The translations under genes and the position numbers were made by a program. Of a stretch of 55,628 bases of DNA, positions 44,638 to 53,214 are shown piece by piece. How positions within the stretch are numbered: the first letter of the stretch is position 1; every line of letters starts with the position of its first letter. Origin of the DNA: an uncultured Candidatus Saccharibacteria bacterium (lineage in GTDB: Bacteria > Patescibacteriota > Minisyncoccia > Phycocordibacterales > PALSA-1337). The notes under the pieces are model-generated. The model worked only from the letters and a program-made list of their open reading frames with translations. It had not been told where the DNA came from and searched no databases. The stretch covers positions 1-55,628 of the forward strand of contig CAZNYP010000002.1 in assembly GCA_964577365.1 (NCBI GenBank). The letters run 5' to 3'.

Positions 44638-45165
44638 TTACAACCAGTCCAATTTGATTACCTCCGCATTTGCATATGCAGGTAAATCGTAAAATAGTTC
44701 GGGATCACCACCAGTTCTAATAGTCTCGATCACTCGTCCGACACCCGCATGACATACCATCAAAATGGTTTCGTCTTTGCCCTTCCAGTCATTTAGAAAA
44801 GAGTGTACACGCTCGAGGAATTTTTGTGGATTCTCGGCGTTTTCAGCCTGAATCATTTTCTTTGAGGTAATCTCGACTGTAGGTGTTCCTGTCAGATTCC
44901 CCATATCATACTCGGTGATGCGTGGATCGATCTCGATCTCTTTGGTATATCCAATAATCTCTGCCACAATTGCCGCAGTGTCTTTTGCGCGAATGAGTGG
45001 TGAGCTCACGATATGGTCGATCTTTAGTCCCATTTCTTTTATCTTATTCCCCTCTCCTTTTGCCTGCGCTCGTCCTTTTTCAGTGAGTGGCGAATCGTCT
45101 TTTTGTCCTGCAAATACATGCTTTAGATTAGCCTCACTTTCTCCGTGTCGTATAAAGTAAATCAT
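44638..45165 (-). CDS. histidine phosphatase family protein (phosphoglycerate-mutase-like, branch 1)
   Basis: 175 aa; MIYFIRHGESEAN (RHG), SSPLIRAKDTA, MVCHAGV. Confidence 0.9.
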   Translation of the reverse strand: MIYFIRHGESEANLKHVFAGQKDDSPLTEKGRAQAKGEGNKIKEMGLKIDHIVSSPLIRAKDTAAIVAEIIGYTKEIEIDPRITEYDMGNLTGTPTVEITSKKMIQAENAENPQKFLERVHSFLNDWKGKDETILMVCHAGVGRVIETIRTGGDPELFYDLPAYANAEVIKLDWL

Positions 45166-45172
45166 GAAAGGA

Positions 45173-45556
45173 TTATACTATGTATGGCACAAAAATAAAT
45201 AACCCAACAATCGCCGCAGTGATCGCAGAGATGAGTACTGCTCCCGCTGCCACGTCTTTTGTATCACGTGCATACGGATGATACTCCGGTGAGGTGAGGT
45301 CTATGTCGATCTCGATTGCAGTGTTAAACGCTTCCGCCACAAAAACAAATCCTCCAGTCAATACGAGAATCATCCACTCGATGTGAGTAATTTCGGAATA
45401 AAAACCTAGGCCAATAGCCAGAAGGAGTACGAGCACATGTATCCAGGCATTGTGTGTCGTCTTTAGAAAAAGGCGCACTCCTCTCCCTGCATGTGAAAAA
45501 CTCTGGGCACGTTTGAGGAGAGAAAATTCTTCTTTTGTATCAATTCGTTGTTCCAT
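45173..45556 (-). CDS. dgkA: prokaryotic diacylglycerol/undecaprenol kinase family protein
   Basis: 127 aa, 3 TM helices; VAEAFNTAIE...ARDTKDVAAGAVL matches the DAGK_prokar signature. Confidence 0.8.
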   Translation of the reverse strand: MEQRIDTKEEFSLLKRAQSFSHAGRGVRLFLKTTHNAWIHVLVLLLAIGLGFYSEITHIEWMILVLTGGFVFVAEAFNTAIEIDIDLTSPEYHPYARDTKDVAAGAVLISAITAAIVGLFIFVPYIV

Positions 45557-45989
45557 TGAGATTATTTATTTCGATAAATTTCTTCACCAATCCTTCTATC
45601 TGATCCACCGTCCTCACATATTCCTCCATACTCGTTCCCTTTGGATCTTTCACGTCCCAGTATTCTGCCTTATCGGACGAAGAAAGATAGTCGGGTATCG
45701 TCTCTGGCTCTGCCATCACTACGATTTTATCTGCCCAATCAACCATATCTGAAGTCAGTTGGGTACGAACATACTCGGATACATCTATCCCTTTTTCTTT
45801 TAGTGGAAGAATTATCTTTTCCGGATTGATTAAATCTTTTATTTTTTGTCCATCCCTGCTCTCTCCCTCTTTGTTTACTACTTGTGTACCCGCAGATAGT
45901 ACCTCGTGTTTATCATTCATTGTTCTAAAAAGCGCCTCTGCCATTTGGCTTCGTCCGGCATTTCCCCTACAGACAAAAAGGATTTTCAT
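45540..45989 (-). CDS. low-molecular-weight phosphotyrosine phosphatase / ArsC-like protein
   Basis: ILFVCRGNAGRSQMAEA (CX5R-S P-loop). ATG is preceded by TGCTATAAT + 6 nt. Confidence 0.88.
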   Translation of the reverse strand: MKILFVCRGNAGRSQMAEALFRTMNDKHEVLSAGTQVVNKEGESRDGQKIKDLINPEKIILPLKEKGIDVSEYVRTQLTSDMVDWADKIVVMAEPETIPDYLSSSDKAEYWDVKDPKGTSMEEYVRTVDQIEGLVKKFIEINNLNGTTN

Positions 45990-46036
45990 AGGGTGATTAT
46001 AGCAAATCGGGGTGCGGTGGTGGGGGTGTAAGAAAG

Positions 46037-46360
46037 CTATATCTGCCTTCCTGAAACCAAGTGAAAGTGTAGGTGCTGTGAATCTTGGAATTCTCCCCCA
46101 TTTGTAATAATTTTGTAATTTTTCTCATGAAGTTGGTATTTTAAAATAATTTCTTTTATCACAGTAAAGATATCGGCAATCAAAGAAATATCTTCGACGT
46201 CGGCGAGTCGTGTTATATGATGTTTGGGAACAATGACCACATGAAAAGTCCAGTCTGGTTTTGTATGGTGAAATGCTAGGACGTTATTTGTCTCAACTTC
46301 TTTCTTCACCTCAATCTTATTATTTAGCACAAAGTCACAATAGAAATCTTTTGTATCCAT
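46037..46360 (-). CDS. HIT-family nucleotide hydrolase/transferase
   Basis: 107 aa with a histidine triad HLHFHLV near the C-terminus. ATG is preceded by TGATAATAT + 6 nt. Confidence 0.88.
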   Translation of the reverse strand: MDTKDFYCDFVLNNKIEVKKEVETNNVLAFHHTKPDWTFHVVIVPKHHITRLADVEDISLIADIFTVIKEIILKYQLHEKNYKIITNGGEFQDSQHLHFHLVSGRQI

Positions 46361-46384
46361 ATATAGATATTATCATATTGCGTG

Positions 46385-46456
46385 GGTGACTACTGGGAGT
46401 TGAACCCAGACTAAGAGCTCCACAAGCTCGTGTGCTACCGCTACACCATAGCCACC
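46385..46456 (-). tRNA. tRNA-His (anticodon GTG), with genome-encoded G-1
   Basis: Reverse complement GGTGGCTATGGTGTAGCGGTAGCACACGAGCTTGTGGAGCTCTTAGTCTGGGTTCAACTCCCAGTAGTCACC folds as a cloverleaf. Anticodon loop TTGTGGA. Confidence 0.9.
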
Positions 46457-46476
46457 ATATTACATTTTACTCACGG

Positions 46477-46560
46477 TGCGCAGGAGAAGACTCGAACTTC
46501 CAAGCCCTTGCGGGCGCTACCACCTCAAGGTAGTGCGTCTACCAGTTTCGCCACCTGCGC
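46477..46560 (-). tRNA. tRNA-Leu (anticodon GAG), class II with long variable arm
   Basis: Reverse complement begins GCGCAGGTGGCGAAACTGGTAGACGC. Anticodon stem-loop CTACC-TTGAGGT-GGTAG, variable arm CGCCCGCAAGGGC, T arm GGAAGTTCGAGTCTTCT. Confidence 0.9.
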
Positions 46561-46602
46561 ATGTAACCCCACCACTATAACAAAATCTGGTTTTTAATCA
46601 AA

Positions 46603-46627
46603 TAAAAACCGCCTTTCGGCGGATTTT
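46603..46627 (-). terminator. rho-independent terminator after rplS
   Basis: CCGCC-TTTC-GGCGG hairpin flanked by an A-run and a T-run. Confidence 0.65.
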
Positions 46628-46628
46628 A

Positions 46629-47021
46629 CTATTTTGTCTCTACCGCCTCTACTGCTGGGACAACTTCTGGTTCTTCCTTTATTGCGAGTGTTTTTCGCAT
46701 TGCACGTCGGATTTCCTTTGCTGCCTTTTCTCGGACAAAGTAGAGCTTTGATCGGCGAGTCTTCGCTTTTCGGATGATTTCGATCTTGTCGATCATCGGA
46801 GAGTATAGTGGAAAGATTTTCTCTACCCCTACTCCATCCATCACCTTTCGAACAGTAAAGGTACCACCCATCTCTGCACCGTGCTTTCGAGCGAGAACGA
46901 GCCCTTCAAACGCCTGGAGGCGGAACTTGTCTTTTTCTTTGATTTTTTGCCACACACGAACAGTGTCACCTGACTGAAAATCAAGTTTTGCGCGTGCTTC
47001 GTTTGCTAAAATGGTTGTCAT
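46629..47021 (-). CDS. rplS: 50S ribosomal protein L19
   Basis: FQSGDTVRVWQKIKE...RLQAFEGLVLARKHG...TFTVRK...GVEKIFPLYSP signature. ATG 47021 or 47042. Confidence 0.95.
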   Translation of the reverse strand: MTTILANEARAKLDFQSGDTVRVWQKIKEKDKFRLQAFEGLVLARKHGAEMGGTFTVRKVMDGVGVEKIFPLYSPMIDKIEIIRKAKTRRSKLYFVREKAAKEIRRAMRKTLAIKEEPEVVPAVEAVETK

Positions 47022-47053
47022 ACGTAGAGCCAAATCTAACATAAAGCCCTTAT

Positions 47054-47767
47054 TTACGCAACTCCGAACTCCTTTTTTGCCTCTACGAAATCCTCTGGGA
47101 GGGGTGCTTCTACAGTGATTTCCTTGCCTTCCATATTGGTAAAGGTGATTTCTCCGGCATGGAGTGCATTTCGAGTAAAGCCAAACAGTGCTGCCTTTCC
47201 AGAACCATAGAGTGGGTCGTGGACGATAGGATGGTTGATCGAGGCAAAGTGTACGCGGATCTGATGTGTACGGCCTGTCTTTGGCTCTGCCATGACGTAT
47301 GAGGCTAGTTTGGTAGTCTTTATGACGGTATACCAGGTCTCGGCCTCACGCAGTTCTCCGCGAGCTCCACGAGTGGCAGACCACTTGCGAAAGTCGCTCT
47401 TGCTACGACCGATCGGACGGTTGATCGTACCGTATTTGTCTTTGAGTTCTCCGTAGACAAAGGCATAGTATTTTTTCTGTATCGTGCGGTTTTGAAACTG
47501 ATCTTTTAGGAATTGGTGAGTCTCTTGGTCTTTTGCAACGAGGATCACACCCGAAGTTTCTTTGTCGAGACGATGAACGATACCAGGACGGATGACGTCA
47601 CCCATCTTCTCCCCCACTTCTTTTGTCTGTGGATAGTGCTCGACGATCCAGTCGACGAGGGTGAGCTCGTCGCGCTTTCCGTCTGGGTGCACCGTGAGAC
47701 CTGCCGGTTTGTATAGGGCGAGTATGTGTGGATCTTCGTATAAGATATTTATGTCTAAATTGTTCAT
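47054..47767 (-). CDS. RluA/RluD-family pseudouridine synthase (no S4 domain)
   Basis: ILYEDPHILALYKPAGL and the catalytic HRLDKETSGVILVAKD. ATG 47767 overlaps the upstream stop as ATGA. Confidence 0.9.
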   Translation of the reverse strand: MNNLDINILYEDPHILALYKPAGLTVHPDGKRDELTLVDWIVEHYPQTKEVGEKMGDVIRPGIVHRLDKETSGVILVAKDQETHQFLKDQFQNRTIQKKYYAFVYGELKDKYGTINRPIGRSKSDFRKWSATRGARGELREAETWYTVIKTTKLASYVMAEPKTGRTHQIRVHFASINHPIVHDPLYGSGKAALFGFTRNALHAGEITFTNMEGKEITVEAPLPEDFVEAKKEFGVA

Positions 47768-48426
47768 TGATTTGCTTGGCGTCTGTATCCTTCGATCCAC
47801 CCTAAAATCTTCAAAAGGAGTTTGGTATCACCGACGCCAATATCCAATGTACCATACTGTAGGGTTTTGCGAATGTTTTGAGAGCTTTTACTTTTGATAA
47901 TGTATGTTTTAAAAAACTGTGACAAAGGAACCTTTGTAACTTCCGACCAGTACTTTTCCGCCTGCTTTGCTGCGACGGCTGAATGAATATGGATATGCCC
48001 TTTAAATCTATCATCTTTTACAGCACAGACTTCTCTAAAAAATCTCATCATTATAGAAATAATTGCTGGATCACTGTTACTAATACGCGCCATACCTTTA
48101 GTAGACTTAGACCCTTCACCCCAGTAGAGACCGATACCCAGTACCTTGAGCGTCGCAAGATCCATCTTCTCGACCGAAACTGCGGATTCTTCAATAGATG
48201 TACTCTTCTTCAATAATTCATTTCGAAGACGACTCTGACGTCTTTTCTCGACCACTTTCGGTGAGTGAGTATAATTCTTGAGACGTAATTTCTGCTTCGG
48301 TGTGAGAACAACACCTCTTACCCAAGTACTTACACTCCCTTGAGATGCCCCTAATTGATGAGCAATGTGTTTAACAGAAAGTCCTTTCCTTCGTAATGCA
48401 ATTGATTTGTCTCTTTTTGACATCAT
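47764..48426 (-). CDS. free-standing LAGLIDADG-type homing-endonuclease-like protein with N-terminal HTH
   Basis: 220 aa. N-terminal HTH-like RRKGLSVKHIAHQLGASQGSVSTWVRG. Single LAGLIDADG-like motif LKVLGIGLYWGEGSKS followed by a typical alpha/beta core length. Own promoter TTGACA-18-TAGTAT + 7 nt. Confidence 0.5.
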   Translation of the reverse strand: MMSKRDKSIALRRKGLSVKHIAHQLGASQGSVSTWVRGVVLTPKQKLRLKNYTHSPKVVEKRRQSRLRNELLKKSTSIEESAVSVEKMDLATLKVLGIGLYWGEGSKSTKGMARISNSDPAIISIMMRFFREVCAVKDDRFKGHIHIHSAVAAKQAEKYWSEVTKVPLSQFFKTYIIKSKSSQNIRKTLQYGTLDIGVGDTKLLLKILGWIEGYRRQANQ

Positions 48427-48514
48427 GAGATATATACTACTTCGGCATAGCTTAATATGTCAAATCTTCAAAGAGATTGAAAAATAAGTGTTTTTAGTCT
48501 ATGCTAGTCATATT

Positions 48515-48587
48515 GCGCGATTAGCTCAGTTGGTAGAGCGCCCCATTTACACTGGGAGGGTCGCAAGTTCGAGTCTTGCATCGCGCA
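48515..48587 (+). tRNA. tRNA-Val (anticodon TAC)
   Basis: GCGCGATTAGCTCAGTTGGTAGAGCGCCCCATTTACACTGGGAGGGTCGCAAGTTCGAGTCTTGCATCGCGCA. Cloverleaf with anticodon loop TTTACAC. Confidence 0.9.
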
Positions 48588-48626
48588 CCGATACCTCAAT
48601 TTTTTATGGTATAATGGTTTTTTAGA

Positions 48627-48836
48627 ATGTCCTCTCGAAAAATAGTAGTTACCTATCTCTCAAAAGATAGACCTGCGATCGTGTTCCTACCAGGCATCCT
48701 GTATGCCGAGATCACGCCTCATAAAGGTGTGCTCGAATGGCCGGATCCACCACCAATCCCTTTTTCACAATTCCTTGGGTACTATACCCAAGAAGAATTT
48801 GATCAGAGGCAGAACAAAAAGAATGATGACGAGTAA
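48627..48836 (+). CDS. small hypothetical protein
   Basis: 69-aa ORF between two tRNAs. TGGTATAAT lies 11 nt upstream and a terminator follows directly. Confidence 0.4.
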   Translation: MSSRKIVVTYLSKDRPAIVFLPGILYAEITPHKGVLEWPDPPPIPFSQFLGYYTQEEFDQRQNKKNDDE

Positions 48837-48842
48837 CACCAC

Positions 48843-48869
48843 CCGCGCTTGGCGCGGTTTGGCTTTTTT
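48843..48869 (+). terminator. rho-independent terminator
   Basis: CCGCGC-TTG-GCGCGG hairpin followed by TTTGGCTTTTTT. Confidence 0.65.
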
Positions 48870-48883
48870 ATTTCGTTACGTTG

Positions 48884-48955
48884 TGCCCCTGGTTGGAATC
48901 GAACCAACATTGACGGCTTAGAAGTCCGCAGTTCTATCCATTGAACTACAAGGGC
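48884..48955 (-). tRNA. tRNA-Arg (anticodon TCT)
   Basis: Reverse complement GCCCTTGTAGTTCAATGGATAGAACTGCGGACTTCTAAGCCGTCAATGTTGGTTCGATTCCAACCAGGGGCA. Anticodon loop CTTCTAA. Confidence 0.88.
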
Positions 48956-48968
48956 TATGTATAAGAGA

Positions 48969-49250
48969 CTATACCGAAGGGTCTCTAGCGTCAACCTTTT
49001 CTATCTCCCCTTTTTCGAATCGAGTCTTTTTTTCATTATATTGATCGAGCAATTCGTCGAGCCGTTTTGTATCAATAGCCTTTACCGTACTCGTTGCGGT
49101 CTTTGCATTGGGAATCTCGATGGTCTTGACCTTTTGAAACTCGACGACCGATAGCCCTGCAAGAGCTACGAGGGCCACCGCTGCCATCACGAGCACAATG
49201 AACCAGTCATAGTAGGCATCGTGCGTAAATTGTTTGAAAAAGCGTTTCAT
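48969..49250 (-). CDS. small membrane-anchored protein, last gene of the pilM/N/O-like block
   Basis: 93 aa with one TM helix. Start overlaps the upstream stop (ATGA). Confidence 0.6.
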   Translation of the reverse strand: MKRFFKQFTHDAYYDWFIVLVMAAVALVALAGLSVVEFQKVKTIEIPNAKTATSTVKAIDTKRLDELLDQYNEKKTRFEKGEIEKVDARDPSV

Positions 49251-49774
49251 TTTATTTTTAATAATTCAATTGAAAATGTCATACCCCAGGTCGGCACCTT
49301 CCCTTTTTCGGTAGATGGATCTCGTTTGAGACTGATATTTGAGATCGAGATCTTGTACGGCAACGATTCGATAGCATTCATATAGGTGAGCACACTGCTC
49401 CAGGTGCCGCGGGTCTCTACCCGACCTCTCACTCGACCCAAAACCCCAGTATCATCAGCAGAGAGTGATGAAATATTTACCGACACGCCGGTGCGTGTAC
49501 CGAGTGACTCGAGCTTCTCGATAACTTCAACAATACTGCTCTCAGTAACGATAAACGCCTTGAGCGCATTTTGTGTGTCGGTCGTATGCTTTAAAATACT
49601 GACCAGTTTTTGAGCTTGCGTACTCCGTATATCCTGGTCGCGTACTCCCACCGATAGCTCAGCAATCTTTTCTATATATGTTTCCGTCTTTAAAAATACA
49701 AAGACAAAGCCGAGTACGCTTCCAAAAAAGAGGAGTGTTGCTATACCGAGTAATGTTTTGAGTCTTTTTGACAT
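49247..49774 (-). CDS. PilO-like type IV pilus assembly protein
   Basis: 175 aa: N-terminal TM helix, short coiled coil, ferredoxin-like C-terminal region. Position after the pilM and pilN-like genes. Confidence 0.6.
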   Translation of the reverse strand: MSKRLKTLLGIATLLFFGSVLGFVFVFLKTETYIEKIAELSVGVRDQDIRSTQAQKLVSILKHTTDTQNALKAFIVTESSIVEVIEKLESLGTRTGVSVNISSLSADDTGVLGRVRGRVETRGTWSSVLTYMNAIESLPYKISISNISLKRDPSTEKGKVPTWGMTFSIELLKIK

Positions 49775-49775
49775 A

Positions 49776-50312
49776 TTAGTTTGCTTGGATTCGCATCACA
49801 AACGACAGATCCTTGCTCTTTGCGAGGTCAGACACCGGTAGTTCGACCTTTTGCACCCCTTTATAGCCTTCTATTTTTTTTCTAAAAGCGAGGAGTGCGT
49901 CACGGTTTGCCGATACTCCACCCACTCGCAGATCGATCGTCGAAGAAGCATTTGTCGAGAGTTCAAAGCTCGTGAGCCTTACTCCGGGAATGAGAGATTC
50001 ATTTGGAATGAGTACGGCTCGGGTGAGTATGGGGTTATTGCTTCCCTCGAGAAATCGATTACTAAAATCAGTTGCGTATTTTACCTGTAGCTCATTTTCT
50101 TTTACCTGTGCGAGGAGTTTTTTCTGTCCCTCGTTTGATAGTTGGTACTCCTTATCCCGCACATCACTCCGAGCAGCGACGTATGCTGGCAACATAAAAA
50201 TGATACCCGCAACACAAACCCCGGTACCCACGAGAAGGATCACGATCATCAACCGTGTGATGTATTCACTGCGTAGTGCTTTTTTTTGTTCTTCGGGGAG
50301 ATATGTATGCAT
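49776..50312 (-). CDS. PilN-like type IV pilus assembly protein
   Basis: From ATG 50312: a short cytoplasmic N-terminus (MHTYLPEEQKK, analogous to the PilM-binding peptide), one TM helix, and a periplasmic domain. Confidence 0.6.
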   Translation of the reverse strand: MHTYLPEEQKKALRSEYITRLMIVILLVGTGVCVAGIIFMLPAYVAARSDVRDKEYQLSNEGQKKLLAQVKENELQVKYATDFSNRFLEGSNNPILTRAVLIPNESLIPGVRLTSFELSTNASSTIDLRVGGVSANRDALLAFRKKIEGYKGVQKVELPVSDLAKSKDLSFVMRIQAN

Positions 50313-50313
50313 G

Positions 50314-51207
50314 TTAGTCGGTGAGTGAGAGTCCGAGCGCCACTCCATAGTCGAGTGACACCCCGCTCAAAATATCTGCGCTGATGACCTTTTTAATACC
50401 CGTGAGTCCTTCGAGGTTTTTGGCTACACTCACTGACTCAGCAGTACTACCAAACACATAGAGGTATTCTAGCTTGTTTTCATTGTGGGAATTCCAATAC
50501 CCCATTACTTTTTCTACCTCGGTTTTGATGAGAGCATTGTTCCCCATCGTCTGGATGGTCGAGCTAAATCGTGGAGTACGCTCAGAGATGATATACATGT
50601 TTGTTTTCTGACTCGAAACCTGGACAATCATCGCTACTTGTTTTTTGTCCGGTGATATAGAGCGGATGAGTGCATGCGGCTCGGTATCAAACGCCTGTAC
50701 TGCAAGACCTGCGATAGTACATGCCGAGAGATACGACTGCACGGTCTTTTGATGAAACGCCACCACCCCAACCCGCGTAACAAGACCCCCTCTCTTCTCG
50801 AGAGGATCACATTCAAAAATCGCCTCACTCGGTGGAAATGGCACATTTTCCTCGAGCTTTACCTCGACCATCGCGCGCACATTTTCCTCGAGTGCTCCCG
50901 GTATATCGACCTGGAAAAGATACATCTTTTCTTCGGGCAGAGACACACGCACGTTTGAGAGGCCTAGTTTTTCTCGGACTATTTTTATCTCTTGGGCGAG
51001 CGCATTTTCATTGGTTACATAGCCTGCTTCGACAAGTCCTTTTGGGAGAAGGCGCTCGACATACGCAAGTATTTTATACCCCGAGCGGCGCTTGCTCGAT
51101 ACGACCGCGCGGATGGCATCGTCGTTTATATGAAGGCCTGCACAACGCATGCTTAAAAGATCTGGTGGAGGAAACAGGGTGAAAAATTTGGATCGATGCT
51201 CGAGCAT
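50314..51207 (-). CDS. pilM: type IV pilus assembly ATPase-fold protein PilM
   Basis: 297 aa with actin/HSP70-like fold length and N-terminal GLHINDDAIRAV...LPKGLVEAGYVTNENALAQEI typical of PilM. Confidence 0.75.
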   Translation of the reverse strand: MLEHRSKFFTLFPPPDLLSMRCAGLHINDDAIRAVVSSKRRSGYKILAYVERLLPKGLVEAGYVTNENALAQEIKIVREKLGLSNVRVSLPEEKMYLFQVDIPGALEENVRAMVEVKLEENVPFPPSEAIFECDPLEKRGGLVTRVGVVAFHQKTVQSYLSACTIAGLAVQAFDTEPHALIRSISPDKKQVAMIVQVSSQKTNMYIISERTPRFSSTIQTMGNNALIKTEVEKVMGYWNSHNENKLEYLYVFGSTAESVSVAKNLEGLTGIKKVISADILSGVSLDYGVALGLSLTD

Positions 51208-51225
51208 TTACGCTCTATTATACTA

Positions 51226-51561
51226 CTATTTTGCCTTGGTCCCCTCGGGGATATCCGCAATAGGTTCGAGGAGTGAGAACTTGCCATCTTCAGTCGAAAC
51301 TGCAAAGAGCATGCCGTTACTCTCGAATCCTTTTATCATTCTCGGCAGCAGATTGGTCACAAACATGCATTTCTTCCCTACCAAGACCGCACAGTCTGGG
51401 AAATATAGAGATATTCCAGAAACAATTTGACGTGGAGTACCTTCGGCAAAGTCCACAGAGAGCTTGAGTAGCTTGTCTGTATCAGGTATTTTTTCGGCTG
51501 AGAGGATTTTCCCCACCTTTATCTCTACTTTTGCAAAATCTTCGTATGTTATTTTATCCAT
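51226..51561 (-). CDS. stand-alone tRNA-binding domain protein (CsaA/Trbp111, MetRS C-terminal-domain-like)
   Basis: 111 aa; FAKVEIKVGKILSAEKIPDTDKLLKLSVDF...VTNLLPRMIKGFESNGMLFA is the OB-fold tRNA-binding signature. Confidence 0.88.
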   Translation of the reverse strand: MDKITYEDFAKVEIKVGKILSAEKIPDTDKLLKLSVDFAEGTPRQIVSGISLYFPDCAVLVGKKCMFVTNLLPRMIKGFESNGMLFAVSTEDGKFSLLEPIADIPEGTKAK

Positions 51562-51934
51562 TGTGTTTATCTAAAAATCTTTGAAGTATAAGGGCTGCTG
51601 CTGACGCATCGAGCATATCATGTTTTCCTTGAAAAAACTCGGCATGCTGGCTCGTCATGTATTCTTTTTCAAAAATGACCGGTAGTCGCGTCGTACCCTC
51701 GAGCTCTTTTTTAAAGGGAGTGATGAGCTCCATGATTTTGTTATTCTCATTTTTATCATTGACTGACTCGCCCAAGACGATCCCCTCTACCCCACCTTTG
51801 CAAATCGCAACGATTCTTTCTATGAGTTTGTGATCGTTGGGGACCACACTGTGAGGCATCGCGAACTTTCCCCCTTCGTCAGAGAGGGCTAGTCCTACAC
51901 GTTTTGAACCAAAGTCGATGCCGAGGTATCTCAT
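51554..51934 (-). CDS. ruvX: YqgF/RuvX putative pre-16S rRNA nuclease / Holliday junction resolvase-like
   Basis: From ATG 51934: MRYLGIDFGSKRVGLALSD. TATAGT + 6 nt upstream; the track ORF begins at TTG 51949. Confidence 0.88.
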   Translation of the reverse strand: MRYLGIDFGSKRVGLALSDEGGKFAMPHSVVPNDHKLIERIVAICKGGVEGIVLGESVNDKNENNKIMELITPFKKELEGTTRLPVIFEKEYMTSQHAEFFQGKHDMLDASAAALILQRFLDKHNG

Positions 51935-51991
51935 GAGGAAACTATACAATATATTGGACTAAAATGATATTTTTGGTATGATGGCACCACT

Positions 51992-52078
51992 GGATGGGTG
52001 GCTGAGTGGTCTAAAGCAACGGTCTTGAAAACCGTCGCCCTCGTAAGGGGGCCGTGAGTTCGAATCTCACCCCATCCG
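51992..52078 (+). tRNA. tRNA-Ser (anticodon TGA), class II
   Basis: GGATGGGTGGCTGAGTGGTCTAAAGCAACGGTCTTGAAAACCGT plus the long variable arm CGCCCTCGTAAGGGGGC and T arm GTGAGTTCGAATCTCAC. Confidence 0.9.
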
Positions 52079-52087
52079 CAGAAAAGT

Positions 52088-53122
52088 TTATTCCCTACTC
52101 GCTAATGCACTCAGACATATCTGACTGTCAGTGGTGAGAAGGTTACATGCATTCGTGATCGCTCCATCAGTGAGCCCTGAAATAGTCGCGTACCCCACCA
52201 CTCCCTGATAAAAGGCTAGCTTTTGTAAAATCGGTAGCCCTACCACATACTGCTCTGACTGGTGTAGATTTTTCCCTTTGAATTTGCTCATCATGGTGAG
52301 CCCGAGACCCTTGAGGCAAAACTGAGTATCGCTCTCGGGTAGTCCACTTTTTGTACATAGCGCCGATGCTCCGGCATAGTCCCTCACATGTGTGCGCAAG
52401 TATCCAAATGTCGAATACAGAAAACACGTCGGACGTTCGTCTTCGTTTACGAGAGCTGAACAAATCTCGAGTGGTTTTTCTGAGCTCTCTGCTGTAGCAA
52501 ACGGTCCCCAAAACTGTTCCATGCGTACTCCCTCAAAACATCGATATGTATCAAAATCTTCTTTGATCACACGACAATTGCGGATAGCAGCGACAGTGTC
52601 CTGATTATTCATGAGCATGTACACGTGCCCCATCCCGTGGAAACAGCTCGCACGGCTCGCTTTTGGTAACGTATCACAGATCGCATCGGGACGCTTTGCA
52701 AATTCTGGATCATAGAGAGATAGCTCCTCGAGTACTCCGTGAACATAGCCGCCGGCGCAGATATTTTCGACGAGGGCGTGGTTTACATGTTCTGGATTGT
52801 CCATCGTCATCGCTTCGTTGAACCCATAGAGCTTGTAGGTCTTGTGGCCGATGTCGTGGGCGATATTGTGACAGTTTATCGCGAGAGACGGGTCTGCCTG
52901 GATCGCATCGACGACTTTGAAAATAGAGTTTGGATCGTTTTCATCGAGCATAGCGAGGAGCTTGTCGCGTATCGGTTTTTGATCATCAAATGTTTTGTCG
53001 ATACTCACGATGACAGGAGCTGGCTCCGGAATCGATGTTTCGGATTCTTTTGGAATAAAAAAGGCAGAAATACCCGCAACAACGAGGAGGGCGAGGATCA
53101 GAAAAATATATTTCACTTTCAT
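52088..53122 (-). CDS. membrane-anchored hypothetical protein built of cysteine-pair repeats
   Basis: 344 aa with an N-terminal TM helix. Motif C-x-x-G-x-(G/V)-H recurs about every 40-45 aa. Full promoter TTGACA-16-TACGAT + 6 nt before the ATG. Confidence 0.75.
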   Translation of the reverse strand: MKVKYIFLILALLVVAGISAFFIPKESETSIPEPAPVIVSIDKTFDDQKPIRDKLLAMLDENDPNSIFKVVDAIQADPSLAINCHNIAHDIGHKTYKLYGFNEAMTMDNPEHVNHALVENICAGGYVHGVLEELSLYDPEFAKRPDAICDTLPKASRASCFHGMGHVYMLMNNQDTVAAIRNCRVIKEDFDTYRCFEGVRMEQFWGPFATAESSEKPLEICSALVNEDERPTCFLYSTFGYLRTHVRDYAGASALCTKSGLPESDTQFCLKGLGLTMMSKFKGKNLHQSEQYVVGLPILQKLAFYQGVVGYATISGLTDGAITNACNLLTTDSQICLSALASRE

Positions 53123-53166
53123 AATGTAATCGTACGGGTATTCGATGTGCTGTCAAATAAGTGGAT

Positions 53167-53195
53167 AAAAAAACCGCCGGACAGAACGTCCGGCG
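53167..53195 (-). terminator. rho-independent terminator after gmk
   Basis: CGCCGGAC (53175-53182) / GTCCGGCG (53188-53195) stem, followed on the minus strand by UUUUUUU. Confidence 0.75.
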
Positions 53196-53214
53196 TGTGT
53201 GCTTTTGATGAGAG

